A stretch of DNA of 64,000 bases from NCBI RefSeq assembly GCF_002105155.1, contig NW_019029019.1, positions 124,001-188,000 on the forward strand, read 5' to 3'. The stretch comes from Lobosporangium transversale (taxonomy: Eukaryota). The position numbers and the translations under genes are program-made. Shown piece by piece: positions 1 through 14,098 of the stretch. Position 1 is the first letter of the stretch, and each line of letters begins with the position of its first letter. A model generated the notes under the pieces. That model ran no database searches and was not told the origin of the DNA. It worked only from the letters and a program-made list of their open reading frames with translations.

Positions 1-991
1 CATGTTGGCTTGTGACTAAAGCTGGGTCCTCGATAGAGATGGTCCCCAGATTGAGTATGTGTGCTTTGTAAGTGAAAATTGAGGCTGTTTAAGATCAAAG
101 CAAGGCCATCCAAGGCGAGATATCCAGGAGCACGTTATGTCAATTGAGCCAATCCTCCTAGTAAATAAGCCTCCAACATGATGTCTGGCTGATCCCATTG
201 ATCGAAGCTATGAGCAGTGTCCTGAATTAGGTTTGGTTGAGAACCGGAGCCACAGTTCAGCCATCTTGGTTTGATGTCATCGCTAATGAACAATTCAACC
301 ACATCCGATGCCAGCTTACGCAGTCGCCGATGCTCGTCTTGGTCGTTCGATATGATCTGGTACTATTCCTTCTCGTGGTCATTGAGATCATTTAGTTGGA
401 TAGGAGCAGAAGGAAACAAACCAAGACAGTATACAAGCTAGTGGATGTCGTTCAAATGAGTACCGACATCTGGTAAGCTGTACTTGGTGGCTGCTAGAGG
501 TTCGTTGCGATTGAGCATCTTACTTGAAATTGTTGCAATGGCTTGTGCTGGCATGGACCGTACTGCTTTCACCGTTCTACTCAGCCTGTTACTACATACT
601 CCATCATTCCTTTGTTTTGGGACATTACTGTTGTTATTATTGTTTCCTTGAATGTATCCCATTTCTCAGCTTTCTTGTCGCGTCTTTGAGCATCAGCTGA
701 GTGGCCTAGTCGTTCAAATAAACAGACAAGATCATTGTAGGCCGAGAGAATACCTCAGTGCATTATCATGCCTTCAATAGAGGTTGAAGAGACTGAAGAC
801 ACTAAGGTAAATGGTCCCTTCACAGGCCGCTGGACACGAGGCAGCACAGAATCAGGATCGAGGCATAGCTCCAACACTATTTCGTTATCATCGTCTATGG
901 TGCAAATGTCCTTCATGTAGAAATCAAGGAGTCTCAGGGCCTATGCTGATAAGAGTGCGCTTCGTGAAGGAGAATTGGTAGAGCCAAGCAT
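1..991 (-). pseudogene. Decayed paralog of the N-terminal part of the NACHT-WD40 gene at 50706-56855; runs off the window edge
   Basis: Reads MLGSTNSPSRSALLSA*ALRLLDFY..ELCLDPDSVL..AQRRDKKAEK/GYIQG..YSLPDVGTHLNDIH, collinear with MFGNTDTPPRSALLPAQALKLFDFY..ELCLDADSVL..AQRRGKKAEKWGYIQG..YSLPDAGSHLNGIH. In-frame stops near 942, 756 and 439, and a 1 nt deletion near 660. Confidence 0.88.
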
Positions 992-1545
992 GGCTTATTG
1001 TTTATTTTACTCCTATATACTGCAGTATATTCATTACAGAGAAAGATGGTTTTAGTTGACACTATTTGTTTACTAGTGATATTTGGAAGTAATTAACGGT
1101 TTCTGTAAGATCCAATCGCAGATAGATGTTTGTTCCTTACTCAAAAAAAAAAAAAAAAAAAAAAAAAAGACTTGGCGGATGACGTTGCGTGGCGAAGTGA
1201 GGAAGAAAGAAAAAGAGATGGGTATGTATCCATGCGAGCAAGAGCAATTAGCCTTGTTTCCTCTTAAGAGCTACTTTTCAAGAGTTCTTTCTAAAAATTT
1301 ATCGAGTTCAGTAACGCCACTAAAACTGAAAAGCAGCCTATTCTATTAACTAACGTATCTTGGTGCGTTGGACTTAGGCCTGTGGGATCGTTTTTTTTTT
1401 TTTTTTTTTTTTTTTTTTGATGCATCGACGACACAGCACATTAGAAAGCATCAATGGCAAAAGTTTCCTTATGATAAAAAGAAAATTATATTTCGATGCA
1501 AGTATACATGTCTCATGTAAACTCAAGCTCCTTGTATAAGCTATT

Positions 1546-2760
1546 CTATTCTTGTCTATCCAAGGATTTAACGCGCCGCTCGATCTCATCCACAATTGTA
1601 CGGTATTCAGCCATTGCGCCAATACCTATTTTTTTATAAAAAAAAAAAAAAAAAAAAAGGCGATAATGTCAGTAAAAAGGGAAAGGGAGAAAACTTCATA
1701 AACTTCTGTATCAGATCGATTTCGATAGATAGAACTCTTGTTTGCTGTATGTACCTAGATCACCGCAGGCGAGCAATTTGCTGATAGGCGGGATCACACT
1801 ATAACCAAGAACATCTTTCAGGGTTGTGAGATGTATATCAGTAAGCTTGTGGTTCCACATGTTGGTGTTCATGGCTGGGCAGACAATCACTAGGCGTTTT
1901 TCATCCCAAGCACGAAGAATACAGGTCTACTTGAAGGGAAGCATTCATGTTTAGTTCAGGGTAAAAAAGACGATTCAGATCCAAAAAAAGCATCGTTTTA
2001 GGAAAAATACGTTTTTTTTTAAGTTGGTCACATACAATCAAGTTATCACATAGACCTTGGGCTATTTTAGCCAATGTGTTGGCATCAAGGGGACAAATGA
2101 TGAACATGTCTGCCCAGTTCCTTAACTACCAAAGATGCATAGATGAATAGGTTGGCAGGGTATTAGGTTAATAGATAGGTGGATAAAGACAATGAGAGAG
2201 TAGAGTAAACTCTCCTTATAATCATCAATAGTATACTCATACCTCGATATGCAAAACTGGATCGGATAATTTGTTCCACGTCTAATAACATGATTGTAGC
2301 TAAAGATTAGCAGTTGATAAGGCTACAGGGCATAAAAGGGAAAAAGGAAAACCTTGGATAACTCATAGGCATATCAGGTATAAGTACACTCCACTCATTC
2401 TGGTCTGTTAGGACCTCTGCAGGGACTTGCTTTGGGTCAAAAAAATGGAGGGCAAAAGTAGTCGCTACTACCTTGACTTCAATTAGATCTCCCATTTCCT
2501 GGAGTAAATAAGAGGAGGAAATCAAGGATCAAAGAAGTTCAGGTTTATATCAAATGCACTGATATCAGAACAAATCTACCAAATGCGCAGCCCTTTTTCA
2601 ACTCTTCTTTGAATTCGTTTACCTCTAAAAGAGTCTTTACAATAATGGGTATTTTTACACTTGCAACACTCCCTGTGGCCCCAATAAGCACATGTTTCTT
2701 GGGGCGCTGCGCTTTTGTTACTATTGGCAACAAACCATCGGAAACTATTGTTGTGTCCAT
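1546..2760 (-). CDS. PPCDC: Phosphopantothenoylcysteine decarboxylase (HAL3/CAB3 flavoprotein family), 6 exons
   Basis: Spliced motifs LIGATGSVASVK, DPVLHIELRNWAD, PLDANTLAKIAQGLCDNL, PAMNTNMW and KLLACGDLGIGAMAE, joined by GT-AG introns. Confidence 0.92.
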
Positions 2761-2931
2761 GGCATTTTTTTTTTTATTTTATTAAAGAATGAGAATGTAG
2801 CATGGAGCATGTAAAAAAAAGGAAGAAATGTGCACGTTGTGACTGCCCTCATTATACCCGCGCGTTTTTTTTTTTTTTTTTTTTTTTTTTTTTGTTCATG
2901 TTATTCCATTCAATTCAAAAGAGATTCGATC

Positions 2932-5900
2932 ATGGATCTACGACACTACTTCACAGCTAAACCAAAGACAAAGGCAGATGCACCTAAAGTAGATGAAGTG
3001 AGTGTTTTTTTTTTTTTTTTATTTGTTTTTTTATTTTTATTTTTATTTTTGTTAGTTTTCAATTTGATTTTTTTTTTTTTTCTTCTTCACCATGGTAAAC
3101 TAATTGCTGTGGTTTATTTTTGCCACCAATTTTTAACGTTCAGACTCCCAAGAAATCTGAAAAGAAAACATCCACCCGCAAGAAGACTATTATACCTGGT
3201 ACTTATTATTATCATTATCATTAATATTGCTTGTGGGGATGGAGGAATGGAGATACAGGGATAAATTCTTGGATAGAGAATTGAAACATTTGACATTTTC
3301 TATCAAAACCATTAAAATGTAATAGATTTAGATGATGAAGATGAGGAAGTAGTCGTCCAAGTGTAAGTGAAAAATAATAAAATATAATAACAATTGCTCC
3401 CCAACAAAAGAAAATAAAAAAAAGATACCTGATTGTCTAAACTCCAATGTTTCTTTTTTTTTTTTTTTTTTTAAACACTAGGAATTCGAAGCATTTCACA
3501 GATGCCAAACCCGCAGCACCACCTCCAAAGTAACGGATATATGACATCTATCATAACATTTCATTAGTCAAAAGCTTTTTATGGTTGAATTTTGCAAAAG
3601 TTGACGCGCAGATCGCATCTTGTTCATCCCTCTTTCTATTCCAGGAAACAAATCGTAGAGGTAGATCCAAAAGCATTCTTTGCATCCGCAAAAGCCAATA
3701 AGACACGGAAAGGGGCGACACCAGCTGTAGCAGAACAGGCTGTTCCCACAAAACCAGTCAAGGAATCAAATTTGAAAGACTCTAAGGAACCAAAAGCGGA
3801 AAAAGAAATAAAAGAGTCCAAAGCAACAACGGCGGCGCCAGCATCACCAGCACCAAAACGTGCTAAAAGGACCAGCAATGATGATTACTTTGAGGATGAC
3901 AGTGATGCAGAGAGTCTTCCACTACCTAAACCCAAAGTAGCGCAGACTGCCAAAGTGGAAGAGAAACAGTCCAAGACAGCCCCACCAACGTCGCCAAAGA
4001 AAACTGCCGTAAAATCCTCTTCTTCCACCGCTAAAAAGCGCAAGAGCGCCTATGAGGATGAGGAGGGCGAGGATGATGAAGCTTATCAGGAGGAAAAGGA
4101 GGAAAAGGCGAAGCCAACTAAGAAGATGAAAGCTACAAATCAAAAGACTGTGGATAGCAACGCCATGGATGTGGATGTGGATGTGGATATGGACATGCAT
4201 GAAATCAAGGAAGAAAAACCGAAGAAATTCAAGTATGTAGAGCGTGATCACATTGTCTCTGGTCTCTCTTTAAACTTTACACCGATGACACTAGCAGTCA
4301 ACTGATCACTCTACTGCTGATCTGTGCATTTTCTAGCTTCTGGGCGCACAAGAATAAGGCTGGACCTTCAGCTCTTGGCTCTAAGGAAATCCCAAAAGGA
4401 CAAGACAATTGCTTGGCTGGCTTCACCTTTGTTTTTACAGGAGAGCTAAGTTCAATCACTCGTGAAGATGCTGCAGATTTAGTGAAGCGATATTCAGGAC
4501 GTGTGACAGGCTCTCCCAGCGGGAAGACTTCGTTCGTTATTGTCGGTGATGATGCTGGACAATCCAAGCTGGACAAGGTCAAAAAACTAAAGATTAAAAC
4601 GCTGAATGAGGACGAGTTCTTTGACTTGATCCGTACCTCGCCTGCAAAGACAGAAGATGGGGAAATTCTGAAGACACCTTCCAAGGGTAGCTCTAGCGTT
4701 GCCTCTGCTAGTAACACAGAGGATGCGCCAAAGAGGACAATTAAGTCTGCTAAATCAGAAGCATCCACGGCAGCTTCATCATTACCAGCTGTCACTTCCT
4801 CTTCTTCAGCATCTACAGCAGATGCTAATACCACGTCAAGCTCCAAGCCAGCAGCAAAGACCAAAGGCAAGCCGACGCAAGATAGGTATGCTTATATTTT
4901 GGAGCAACTGGTTCTCCATTCGCAAAATGGTTTCTTTCTCGACTCGTTGCTGACTAGATTTATTCCCACACATATATTGAATATAGACCACAGGACTCAG
5001 AGTTATGGACAACAAAGTACCGTCCCAGAGATGTTAAAGATCTGTGTGGTAACAATGCAGCGATCCAAAGGCTTTCTCGGTGGCTACAGGGATGGTACGT
5101 CCAATGAATGAATTCAAATATAAGCGAATGTGCTTCAGATATAATTAATATTTAATACTCATTGTACTTTTCTGTAGGGAAGAGAGCTACGCAAACAATT
5201 TCAAGAAGGACAATGCAGACAAAACCGGAACCTTCAGAGCAGTCCTGATCTCGGGCCCACCTGGCATTGGCAAGACATCAGCGGCTCATTTAGTCGGTAA
5301 CACTCTGGGCTATAATATTGTTGAGTTCAATGCCAGTGACACTCGGAGCAAAAAGTCTCTAGATGTAAGCCCTATAAAAATACATATATTTGCTTATTGG
5401 TCAATTAGAGTTTTTTTTTTTTGACATGAAATTTGTATGATCTTGTTTTTATAGGAGGAAGTTCGTGACCTTTTGGACAATCAGTCGCTCGCCGGCTACT
5501 TCCAACACGGAACGGAAACATCAGACAAAGGAGTATGTGCTAAACCAATATGTTTCTTCATGGTACTAGTATTGGATATAAAAATTTGTGCAGATATAAC
5601 TGATGAGATGCGTTCCTTTGATTGATAGAAATCCGTATCTGAAGATATTGACCCATCTATGGCTAAGAAACAACTCATTATTATGGACGAAGTCGATGGA
5701 ATGGCTGGAGGAGATCGAGGCGGTATTGCACAATTGATTTCATTTATCAAAAAGACGCGTGTAAGTTGAACGTACTCACAAAGTGTAGGACAATCATAGC
5801 ATATTATAAGGGGACTTCTGACTAATTGATTGGGATGTGGCTTGTAGGTCCCAATTATCTGCATCTGCAACGATCGACAATCGCCTAAAGTGCGATCACT

Positions 5901-7376
5901 CGTCAACTCGTGCTTCGATATGCGTTTTCAGAGGCCTCAGGTCAATCAAGTGAGATCAAGACTGATGTCTATCCTGCATAAAGAGGGTTGTAAAGTTCCT
6001 GGGAATGTGCTGGACAAACTTGTCTCCGGATCACAGTCAGATATTCGCCAAGTGCTGAATATGTTATCCACATGGAGTTTGACTCAACAAGAGATGGACT
6101 ATGATGAAGGGACAGCTCTTTCCAAAGCATCTGAGAAATATGTTGCTCTTAACCCCTTTCAAATTGCGGAGCAGCTATTGGTGGAAACCAACTATCGGGC
6201 GCTCAGCTTACCAGATAAATTTGACACATACTTTAATGATTATCAACTGGCTCCTCTGATGATTCAGGAGAACTATGTCCGAATGAACCCAACAGAAGCT
6301 CGTGGAGACATGGATGGTCTCGCAGCGATAGAGTTAATGAGTAAAGCCGCAGATTCGTTATCAGATGCTGATCTAGTTGATACTCTGATTCATGGGCAAG
6401 TTTTTCTATCGGAGGTTTATTGAATGTGCCATGTTGCATGATGATCGCCTGACTTACCTTTTTTTTTTTTTTTTTTTATTTTTATAATAAATATATAGGA
6501 GTGCGCAGCACTGGTCACTCATGCCTACACACGCAGCCTTCTCGTGTGTCCGCCCGTCTTTCTTTGTCCATGGAAGTATGAGACCAGGCTCTGGAGGCAA
6601 TTTTGGCCCAATGATGCAATTCCCTAGGTATGTACTGCATCAACAGCATGAGGCGCTTTTTGTTATTACTATCATGTTATTTTGCTCCGAGTCAATTAAT
6701 GCGACACTAACAAGTTTATATATATATATATATGTATACTAACACAATTAAAAAAAAAAAAAAAAAAAAAAAAAGCTATTTGGGTCAATATTCCAAGTCC
6801 TCCAAGTACAACCGTATTGTAAAGGATCTTCAAATCCGGATGCGTCTAAAGATTTCAGGAGACAAGAATGAAGTTCGTCAAAGTTATCTGCCTGCATTAT
6901 TCCCAGCTATCACACGACCGTTAGTGAAAGATGGTGTTGACGCGATACCAGAGTTGATTGAACTAATGGACAGCTATTATCTCAGTAAGGAGGACTGGGA
7001 AGCGGTACTCGAACTAGGAATTGGACGTAATGATGGTAAGAAAGTAATGGACAGCATCCCATCAGCCGTCAAATCGGCGTTCACCCGAAAATACAATGCC
7101 GAATCACATCCACAACCGTTCCTCAAGGCTGCAGCCGTATCTAAGGGAAGAGGATCATCCGGTGGTGTTGTCACTGATGAAGTTCCCGATAATTTGGATG
7201 TGGTGGAGGCGGATGCCCCTGTTCCAGAAGAAGTTGATGAGACTACAGTGGCAGAAGAGGAGAGCATTGAAAAGGACAGTAATATCAAGCAAAAGAAAAC
7301 AAAGGGTGGTGCAGACGCAGGCTCTTCCTCCAAAGCAAAGGGCAAGGGCAAGGCTAAAGGCAAGGCTCGGAAATAA
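2932..7376 (+). CDS. RFC1: Replication factor C large subunit, multi-exon
   Basis: BRCT domain ([29 protein letters not shown]), LWTTKYRP, Walker [43 protein letters not shown], and C-terminal [10 protein letters not shown]. Confidence 0.95.
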
Positions 7377-7546
7377 ATGATAAAAAAATAAAAATAAAAT
7401 ATATAGTAATAATAATAGAAATCGTCTCTCAAAGAACCTTTGATGCAAGGAAATGTGGGTTTAATTAATTATCATTATCAAATGCTATATCGCTATGCAT
7501 GAACAAACTCTATTCTTTTTTTTTTTTTTTTATCCTTTTTTTTCAT

Positions 7547-10500
7547 TCAGGGGCTTTGAAATATCGTTGACGATGTCGTTGTTGTATCAGCCGCGGATTC
7601 ACCATCCATCTCTGCTAAAACCATGAGCCAATTCTTGCCGGCTTCATTACGCATGGCTTCAATCTTCCTGCGATAGCCATCTGCACTTGTACCGCCCTCG
7701 TCTGAAGATGAGAAGGAGCCAATGGGCGATGATGGTCTCATTCTGGGTGAAATCGCACCACTTCCCCCCACTCCATATGTCGAAACACCATTCTGAACAA
7801 TCGAGGTTGATTTTTTGCTTGCCATATTATCGATTGCGTTGATCATGGCATTCGGAGGCATCGAGTAGTTTTTCTTTAGGATGCCCCGTGGCGGATGGCG
7901 CTGGTGGCCGGTGCCAGCAGGGCGCTCCATCTGAAGAGACGCCAATGATTGCTCAAGATGAGCAAGGCGATGTCTATGGACATGATGACCATCACTGCAA
8001 AGGGTGTGATCTTCAGCCGAGTCAGAATCACGGTCTCCTGCAAAGCTAACAGTCGCTCCTGTTGAGGTTGTCGTAGGAGATGTTGATAGTGTTGTTGCTG
8101 CAGGAGAGCCTTCAGCAATGACCATGCTTTTCTTCTTCACAATACGCCTCTTATTTTTACCATTGTTGCTTGAGCTGCGACTTTGGCTCTGATCCTGGCT
8201 CAAGCCCTCGCCGCTGTGCTCTGTAAGTCGTGTGTCAGCTGCATCAGATGTCGTTTTGACGCTCTTCTTCTTCTTCTTGATGGCTGTTGGTGATTTCTGA
8301 ACACCTCCAGTAGTCTTGGCAAGAATCGCAGCGACTTCATTATCGTGGCTTTCCTCCAGAGCCGCAGCATCCACATCTGCAAGGATGACGGGGGGTGGGA
8401 CTGGAGCAGCATCATGTTCATGATCATCATCGTGGTCGCTGTCAAGGTTCACGACTCTCTTGACTCGCTTTGTTGATTTTACAAGTTTCTTTTTGACAAG
8501 CTTATTGACAGGTGTATGGAATACCGCACTTATAGCTGCATCTGAGGCGGTAACAGCATTTAGCGCTTCATCAGCAGCTGGGGGTGGTGAACTAGTATTT
8601 GCAAGTTCTTTTGCAAATGTGGCCACAGGTGCAGAGGCTGCGGGTATATTGGCCACATTGTTGATACTCGAGATAGTTGTTGAAAATGATGTTGGACCCA
8701 TGTTATCAAGGGCGCGTTTCTCGAAAAACGATGCAAATGTCCCATCCAGCAATATATCGTGTCCATTTGCCTTGAATACTGCCAAAATTTCCAGGCGGTA
8801 TTTAGGCTGAACGCAATTGTTCAAAAAAAAAAAAAAAAAAAAAAGACGTTAGTAAAGATGAATAGTAGAAATACAGATATGGACAGATGAGCAAGCTTGA
8901 ATTAAAAACAAGATGATGAAGGTTACCTGGATAGCGCAAAATGGATTATGTTCTGACCAGACCTCACGAATGCCAGGAAGAGCTGCTAGTCGACCAACCT
9001 CCGCGGCTTCATCCAGGTGATTCTCTCTGACATCAACCTTTTCCAGATTCCAAAGTCTCTCCAGCCCAGAGAGGCTTTCAAGCCGATTCCCACGCAAATC
9101 TAGGACAGAAATATTGCCAAGAATCTGGTAGATGGATTGCACACCTGAGATCATGTTATAGGATAAATTCAGATCATTGAGATTATGCAGATGTATCAGT
9201 CCTGAAGGCGGTGACAAGAGAAGATTGTGGGAAAGATCCAAGCTGTTGATTACGGGCGTATGCATGAACGTGTCGTTATGCGTTAATGCTGGCAGAGAGT
9301 TGTCTGAAAAGGAAAGGTGGCGGAGGGCAGGCCACATTTTTAGTGAAGCGAGAATGATAGAATCGTCGCTATCGTCGTCATCTTTGCCCATCTCCATCTC
9401 ATCTCCTTCCTGCAAAGCGGAATCATTCTTATTGGTAGTAGAAGCAGCGGCAGTGCCATTTAAAGTCATATCCTCCGCCTTGCCTTTGTGATCATTAGAT
9501 TCTGTTGTACTTCCCAGGCCCTCAGGTGTCAAAGCAGCATCCTTGAGCGCTTCTTGTTGCTCTTCCTTAATCTGCACCGCTCTAGTCTTTTCACGCAAAG
9601 CCCTCTGTCTCCGTCTCCGCTCGCACTGGACCACGGCTGTGATAATGACATCGTACACATCCTCAATACCGGACTGGATGATGACTAAGGACTTTAGTTG
9701 CTTCATCAGCGTTTCCCACCCTTCGATACAATCTGGTGGGATCTTGTGCAACTCCAAGTGCGTAAGCGAGGTGAACATTGCAGCAAGCGGCAGTAGCAGT
9801 AATGGTGGAGCTGGCTTAAGAGGTTGATCACTTTCAGGTTTCGAAAGAGGCTGACCATGGTTAAGGAGAGTCATAATGGCCTCTCCATTGAATCCTTCAA
9901 TTCTGCCCTTCCCTTGAACGTGATCTCCAGGTGGAATCTTTGCAAGCAGTCGTAGACCAGGGACATGTTTGAAAAACTTGCGGATAAAATGAATGTCATC
10001 AGTAATGGTCAAGTTATTGGAGTTGAAAGAGGCTGCAGTGGACCATTGCTTCCAACCTGTAATGAGGGTGAGAGTCGAGACGGCTGTAGAAGAAAAGGAA
10101 CGGATAGATTGTGGTGGAGAAGAACCTTCTCCACGTGCTTTGTTACCAGGTTTTGCTTCTGAGGTGACTGTTGAGGCAGATGCTGAAGGGTCTGCTGAGA
10201 TAACACGAGGGTTGGAATCACCAACTGTCCTAGATGAAGTAACACTCTCCCACCCTTCGAACTCGATACCGACCTGCTCAAACCTCTCGAGGAGATAAAG
10301 CAGGTAATACAGATCCAAAGGAAAGATAGGGGAGCGAAGAGCAGCCTTATAATAAAGTTGATTCTCGCGTATATCGGCGTCTGACTGAAGTATGTTGGCA
10401 CTAGGGTTGTCCCAAGTCGTGCCGTTGTAGTATATATCTTTATCATGTGCTCGCGTTTGTGAATCAGACGATGAGGGGTTCAATGAGGCAGGAGCAATGG

Positions 10501-10762
10501 AATTGACGACAGCAGAAGTAGCATTCCATAAGGATGAGATCATGCCTTGGTAAGCGGCAGCCATGGGATCAGCTGGGGTTACAAAAGAGCGAGCATTAGC
10601 AGCGGCATTTGTAGCTGCTGTAGTTGCAGTTGTAGTCGAGGAAGTAACGGAAGAAGTGGAAGGGTCATGAGAAAGAGTAGGTGGGAGTAGTCTACGCTGG
10701 TTAGAGCGAAGGTAATGTGAGAGTGTACGCACATAGCGGTCGCCATGGATGGGTTTCTCCAT
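7547..10762 (-). CDS. Leucine-rich repeat protein (nischarin/STK11IP-like fungal LRR family), 2 exons
   Basis: SDS22-type LRRs (LDLSHNLL, LNLSYNMI, LDLRGNRL, VDVRENHL, NPFC cap). GT-AG intron ~8807-8926. C-terminal YRRKIEAMRNEAGKNWL motif. Confidence 0.8.
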
Positions 10763-11068
10763 TGCGATTCAAATAAAAAGAAGAAAAGGAGAATATTTAA
10801 AGTGAAGAAGGGGAAAAGGGAGGGAAAAAAGAAAAAAAAAGTTGGCAATGTTGTAACAGCCCATGCTTACTTGTAAATTTGTGTTGGGTGAGGAAGCAAC
10901 TAGCCACGTGTGCGATGATGGAACACAAGGCGACAAACTTCAAGACGCTCTCACTCACTTGACCACTCATGACACATCAGGTAATAGTTGTATAAAAGTA
11001 AAGCATTTTATTAATTCCAACTCCATAAGTTATAAAGACTTAAAGGAATAAAAGATAAATAAAGTAAC

Positions 11069-11920
11069 CTAGTAGCCAGCAGCAATTCCATGTTTGCGCG
11101 TATCACTTGACGCGTAAATGAAACCATCTGTCTCTCGCATTACTGCTTGAACTTCCGCCTTTGCAAGGAGACGGTTAAAAGTCGTGACATTGTGGCCAAT
11201 CACGTCCTGTAAAAATTGGATTTCACTTGTCGGATATCCTTCTTCAATATCCACTACGTTGGGCATCAACTGGTGATGGATCCTTGGATTCTCGATCGCA
11301 TCCATAATATTTTGATTATAATTATAGACATTCAGCATCGTCTATTTGGATATCCATAAAAAAAGATGAGTTAAAATCAAGTTCGAGCAAGTTACTGTTT
11401 GTAATTTCCATTGTTGTTGTTGTCACATTGTTTGTTACCTGCAATACAGCTGTTATAATCCTAGAACCCCCGCTTCCTCCAAGCGACATTTCAAATTTAC
11501 CGTCTTTCTCCACAATTGTCGGCACACACGACGACAGAGGCCTCTTTCCAGGCTCTGGATAATTGAAAGGCGATGGCTGTAAGCCAAAGGCATTTGCTCG
11601 GCCAGGAATTGAAAAGTCATCCATCTCATCGTTCAGGATTATCCCTGTTTTGGGCTCCATTAGCTTGGATCCAAAAAGCAGGTTAACTGTAGAGGTCAAT
11701 GCAACAGACATATCATCCTCATCTACAGTGGAAAGATGTGTCGTCCCATGGTTGTCAATGGATCCCCAATGAGGATTGTAATAATCGACAGGGAACGTGC
11801 GAGTGTCTGAGATATTGGCTCGGATCGATGCTGCTGTGTCCTTTGACATCATATTGATGATCTTGTCACCTAAATCTGTAAAGTCTGGATCCCCAAGCTC
11901 TGTTCTCTGAGCAAATCCAA

Positions 11921-11960
<40 letters not shown>

Positions 11961-13393
11961 ATGGTTTAAGGGTTTAAAAAAAAGAAAGGAAGAAAGTATC
12001 AATTTGAACCGTAGATCCATATCGTACATTTCATGGCTTCAACGAAACGATGGGTTTCCACATCGGCATCCTCCTTGAACTTGCCAACGTTGTACCGTTC
12101 TAGGATATTTAACATGCTGATCAAAACAGGCCCGCTAGTTGGTGCAGGTGTTGTATAGACCTTACGACCTTGATAGAACCCAACCACGGGTTCTTTGACT
12201 AATGGCTTGTAATTTCGCATGTCATCCATCGTCAAGATCCCACCATTCGCTTGAACATAGTCAACAATTATCTGAGCAATTTCGCCTGTATAAAATGCAT
12301 CTGCTCCTTCCTTCCCTATAGTTTCTAATGTCTTAGCGAGAGCTTTTCTTTTGACCCACTCTCCCTCTCTCAGTGCACTACCTGCAGGCGCAAAAACTTG
12401 CGACCAACTCGGCTCTTTCTCAATCATCTTCTTGACCAATTGAAGTCTGCGCGCTAGTTCAGGTCCGACTGCCCAGCCTTCTCTGGCCATCTTGACAATT
12501 GGTTTAAACAACCGTTGCCAGGGCAACCTTCCATGTCGCTGATGTGCTAATTCGAGACCACGGATTTCACCTGGAACTGCTACAGAGAGTCCACCTTTCT
12601 GAGCTAGGATTGGGTCATGCTTATACATGAGAGGGGTAGACGCTGCAGGAGCTGTCTCTCGGAAGTCAATGACTTCAACTGTGCCATTAGGGAGGCGGAT
12701 GGTCATGAATCCACCTCCACCGATACCGGCCGAGAACGAATTGATAAGGCCGATGCAAAGGCATGAGGCTACTGCTGCATCCATTGCATTTCCACCCTCC
12801 TTCAAAACTGCGAAAAAAAGATAATTTAGTGCCCGTGCGCATTTATTTTGTGTAAGTGCGGAAAAAATAAATAAAAAAGATGCATAACGAAAGGAAAAAG
12901 AGACTTGGACGAAGTATGCATAAATACAGCAGTAAGTACCTTCGACACCGATTTCTGAGCAGTGAACCTCCTCAGTAGCGACGGCCCCATTCTTGGCCTT
13001 TACGAGGACTGGCCGCCTCTTATCAGGGACTAGCGAGGTGAAGAGAATAGTTCATAAGCATTCAAAGTTATCTCAATCATCCTTTAGATATTCTTTCTTT
13101 TTTATCCTTTTAGTACCTGGAGCGGACCCCGCAAGGGTGGTGATAAAACCAATGAAGAGAGCTCCTAAAATGATAGTAAACATGACTACGGTTTTTTTTC
13201 GAGTACGTTCTGACAACGCTTTCTTTGGGTTATGCCTGGTGTTATTGTTGCGACTTGATACTTTGTCGGGGATACCATAGTCATAGCTCGAGTTATTTAA
13301 TAACGTCGTTGCTTCTGTTGGCCCCGATCGAACAAGTTCAGCGTCAGAAACGCCATTAGGCAGGCTTGGTCGACTGTAGCTTTTGCTTTTCAT
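11069..13393 (-). CDS. GGT1: Gamma-glutamyl transpeptidase with N-terminal membrane anchor, 5 exons
   Basis: GGNAMDAAVA, GIGGGGFM, IDFRETAP, nucleophile motif HGTTHLS, NDEMDDFS, PGKRPLSS, GGSGGSRI and ASSDTRK. Confidence 0.95.
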
Positions 13394-14098
13394 TTCTAAT
13401 GGTGGTAGTAGCAGTGCTAAAGCAGTTATGGATAGATAGTAATTGTGGAAAGAGTGGATAGAGGGGAGTATACAAAACAAAAAAGAAAGAAAAAAAAGTA
13501 GCGGCTTCTTTTTTTTTTTTTTTAAAAAAAAAAAAAAGGCTTGGGTAAGAAACAGTGTGGGGCCAAAGTAAAGTGTACCCAACGTCCAGTGTAACTGGAA
13601 TAAAAGAAAAAGGCGAAAGCAGGGGCGTCTGTGCATGCATAAATGTCAAGGGGTTGACATGGCCCAAGCCAAGGAATAAGCGAAGTTAGAGACTCATACC
13701 AATATCTTATTTAGAGAGGTTTCTATCAATTACAGGCCTACTACTTAATAGACCTTTTGTAATTGATAACGGACTAACCAAAAATGGCAGCGGTATAAGC
13801 CACTAAGCTAAGTGCTAGATATTTAGCCAATATTTCAGACTGTTTGATAAGTATTTCAGCGTATTTTCCAATAATTTTAGCCAAAACAATATCACACTTT
13901 GCTAATAAGGTTGGAATGCGCAGAATCATTGGGACAGTGGCCAAATATTAAGTTTGCGCTGATTTGTTTCCGTTGGAACATGTTCCATTTCTTTCTTTCT
14001 TCTTTTGAAATCAATTTCACCACGGAAAAAAAAAAAAAAGAATCGGACGAGGAACTTTAGGAGATCATTAAATCACATAAACCAACTTGAAAACAGAC

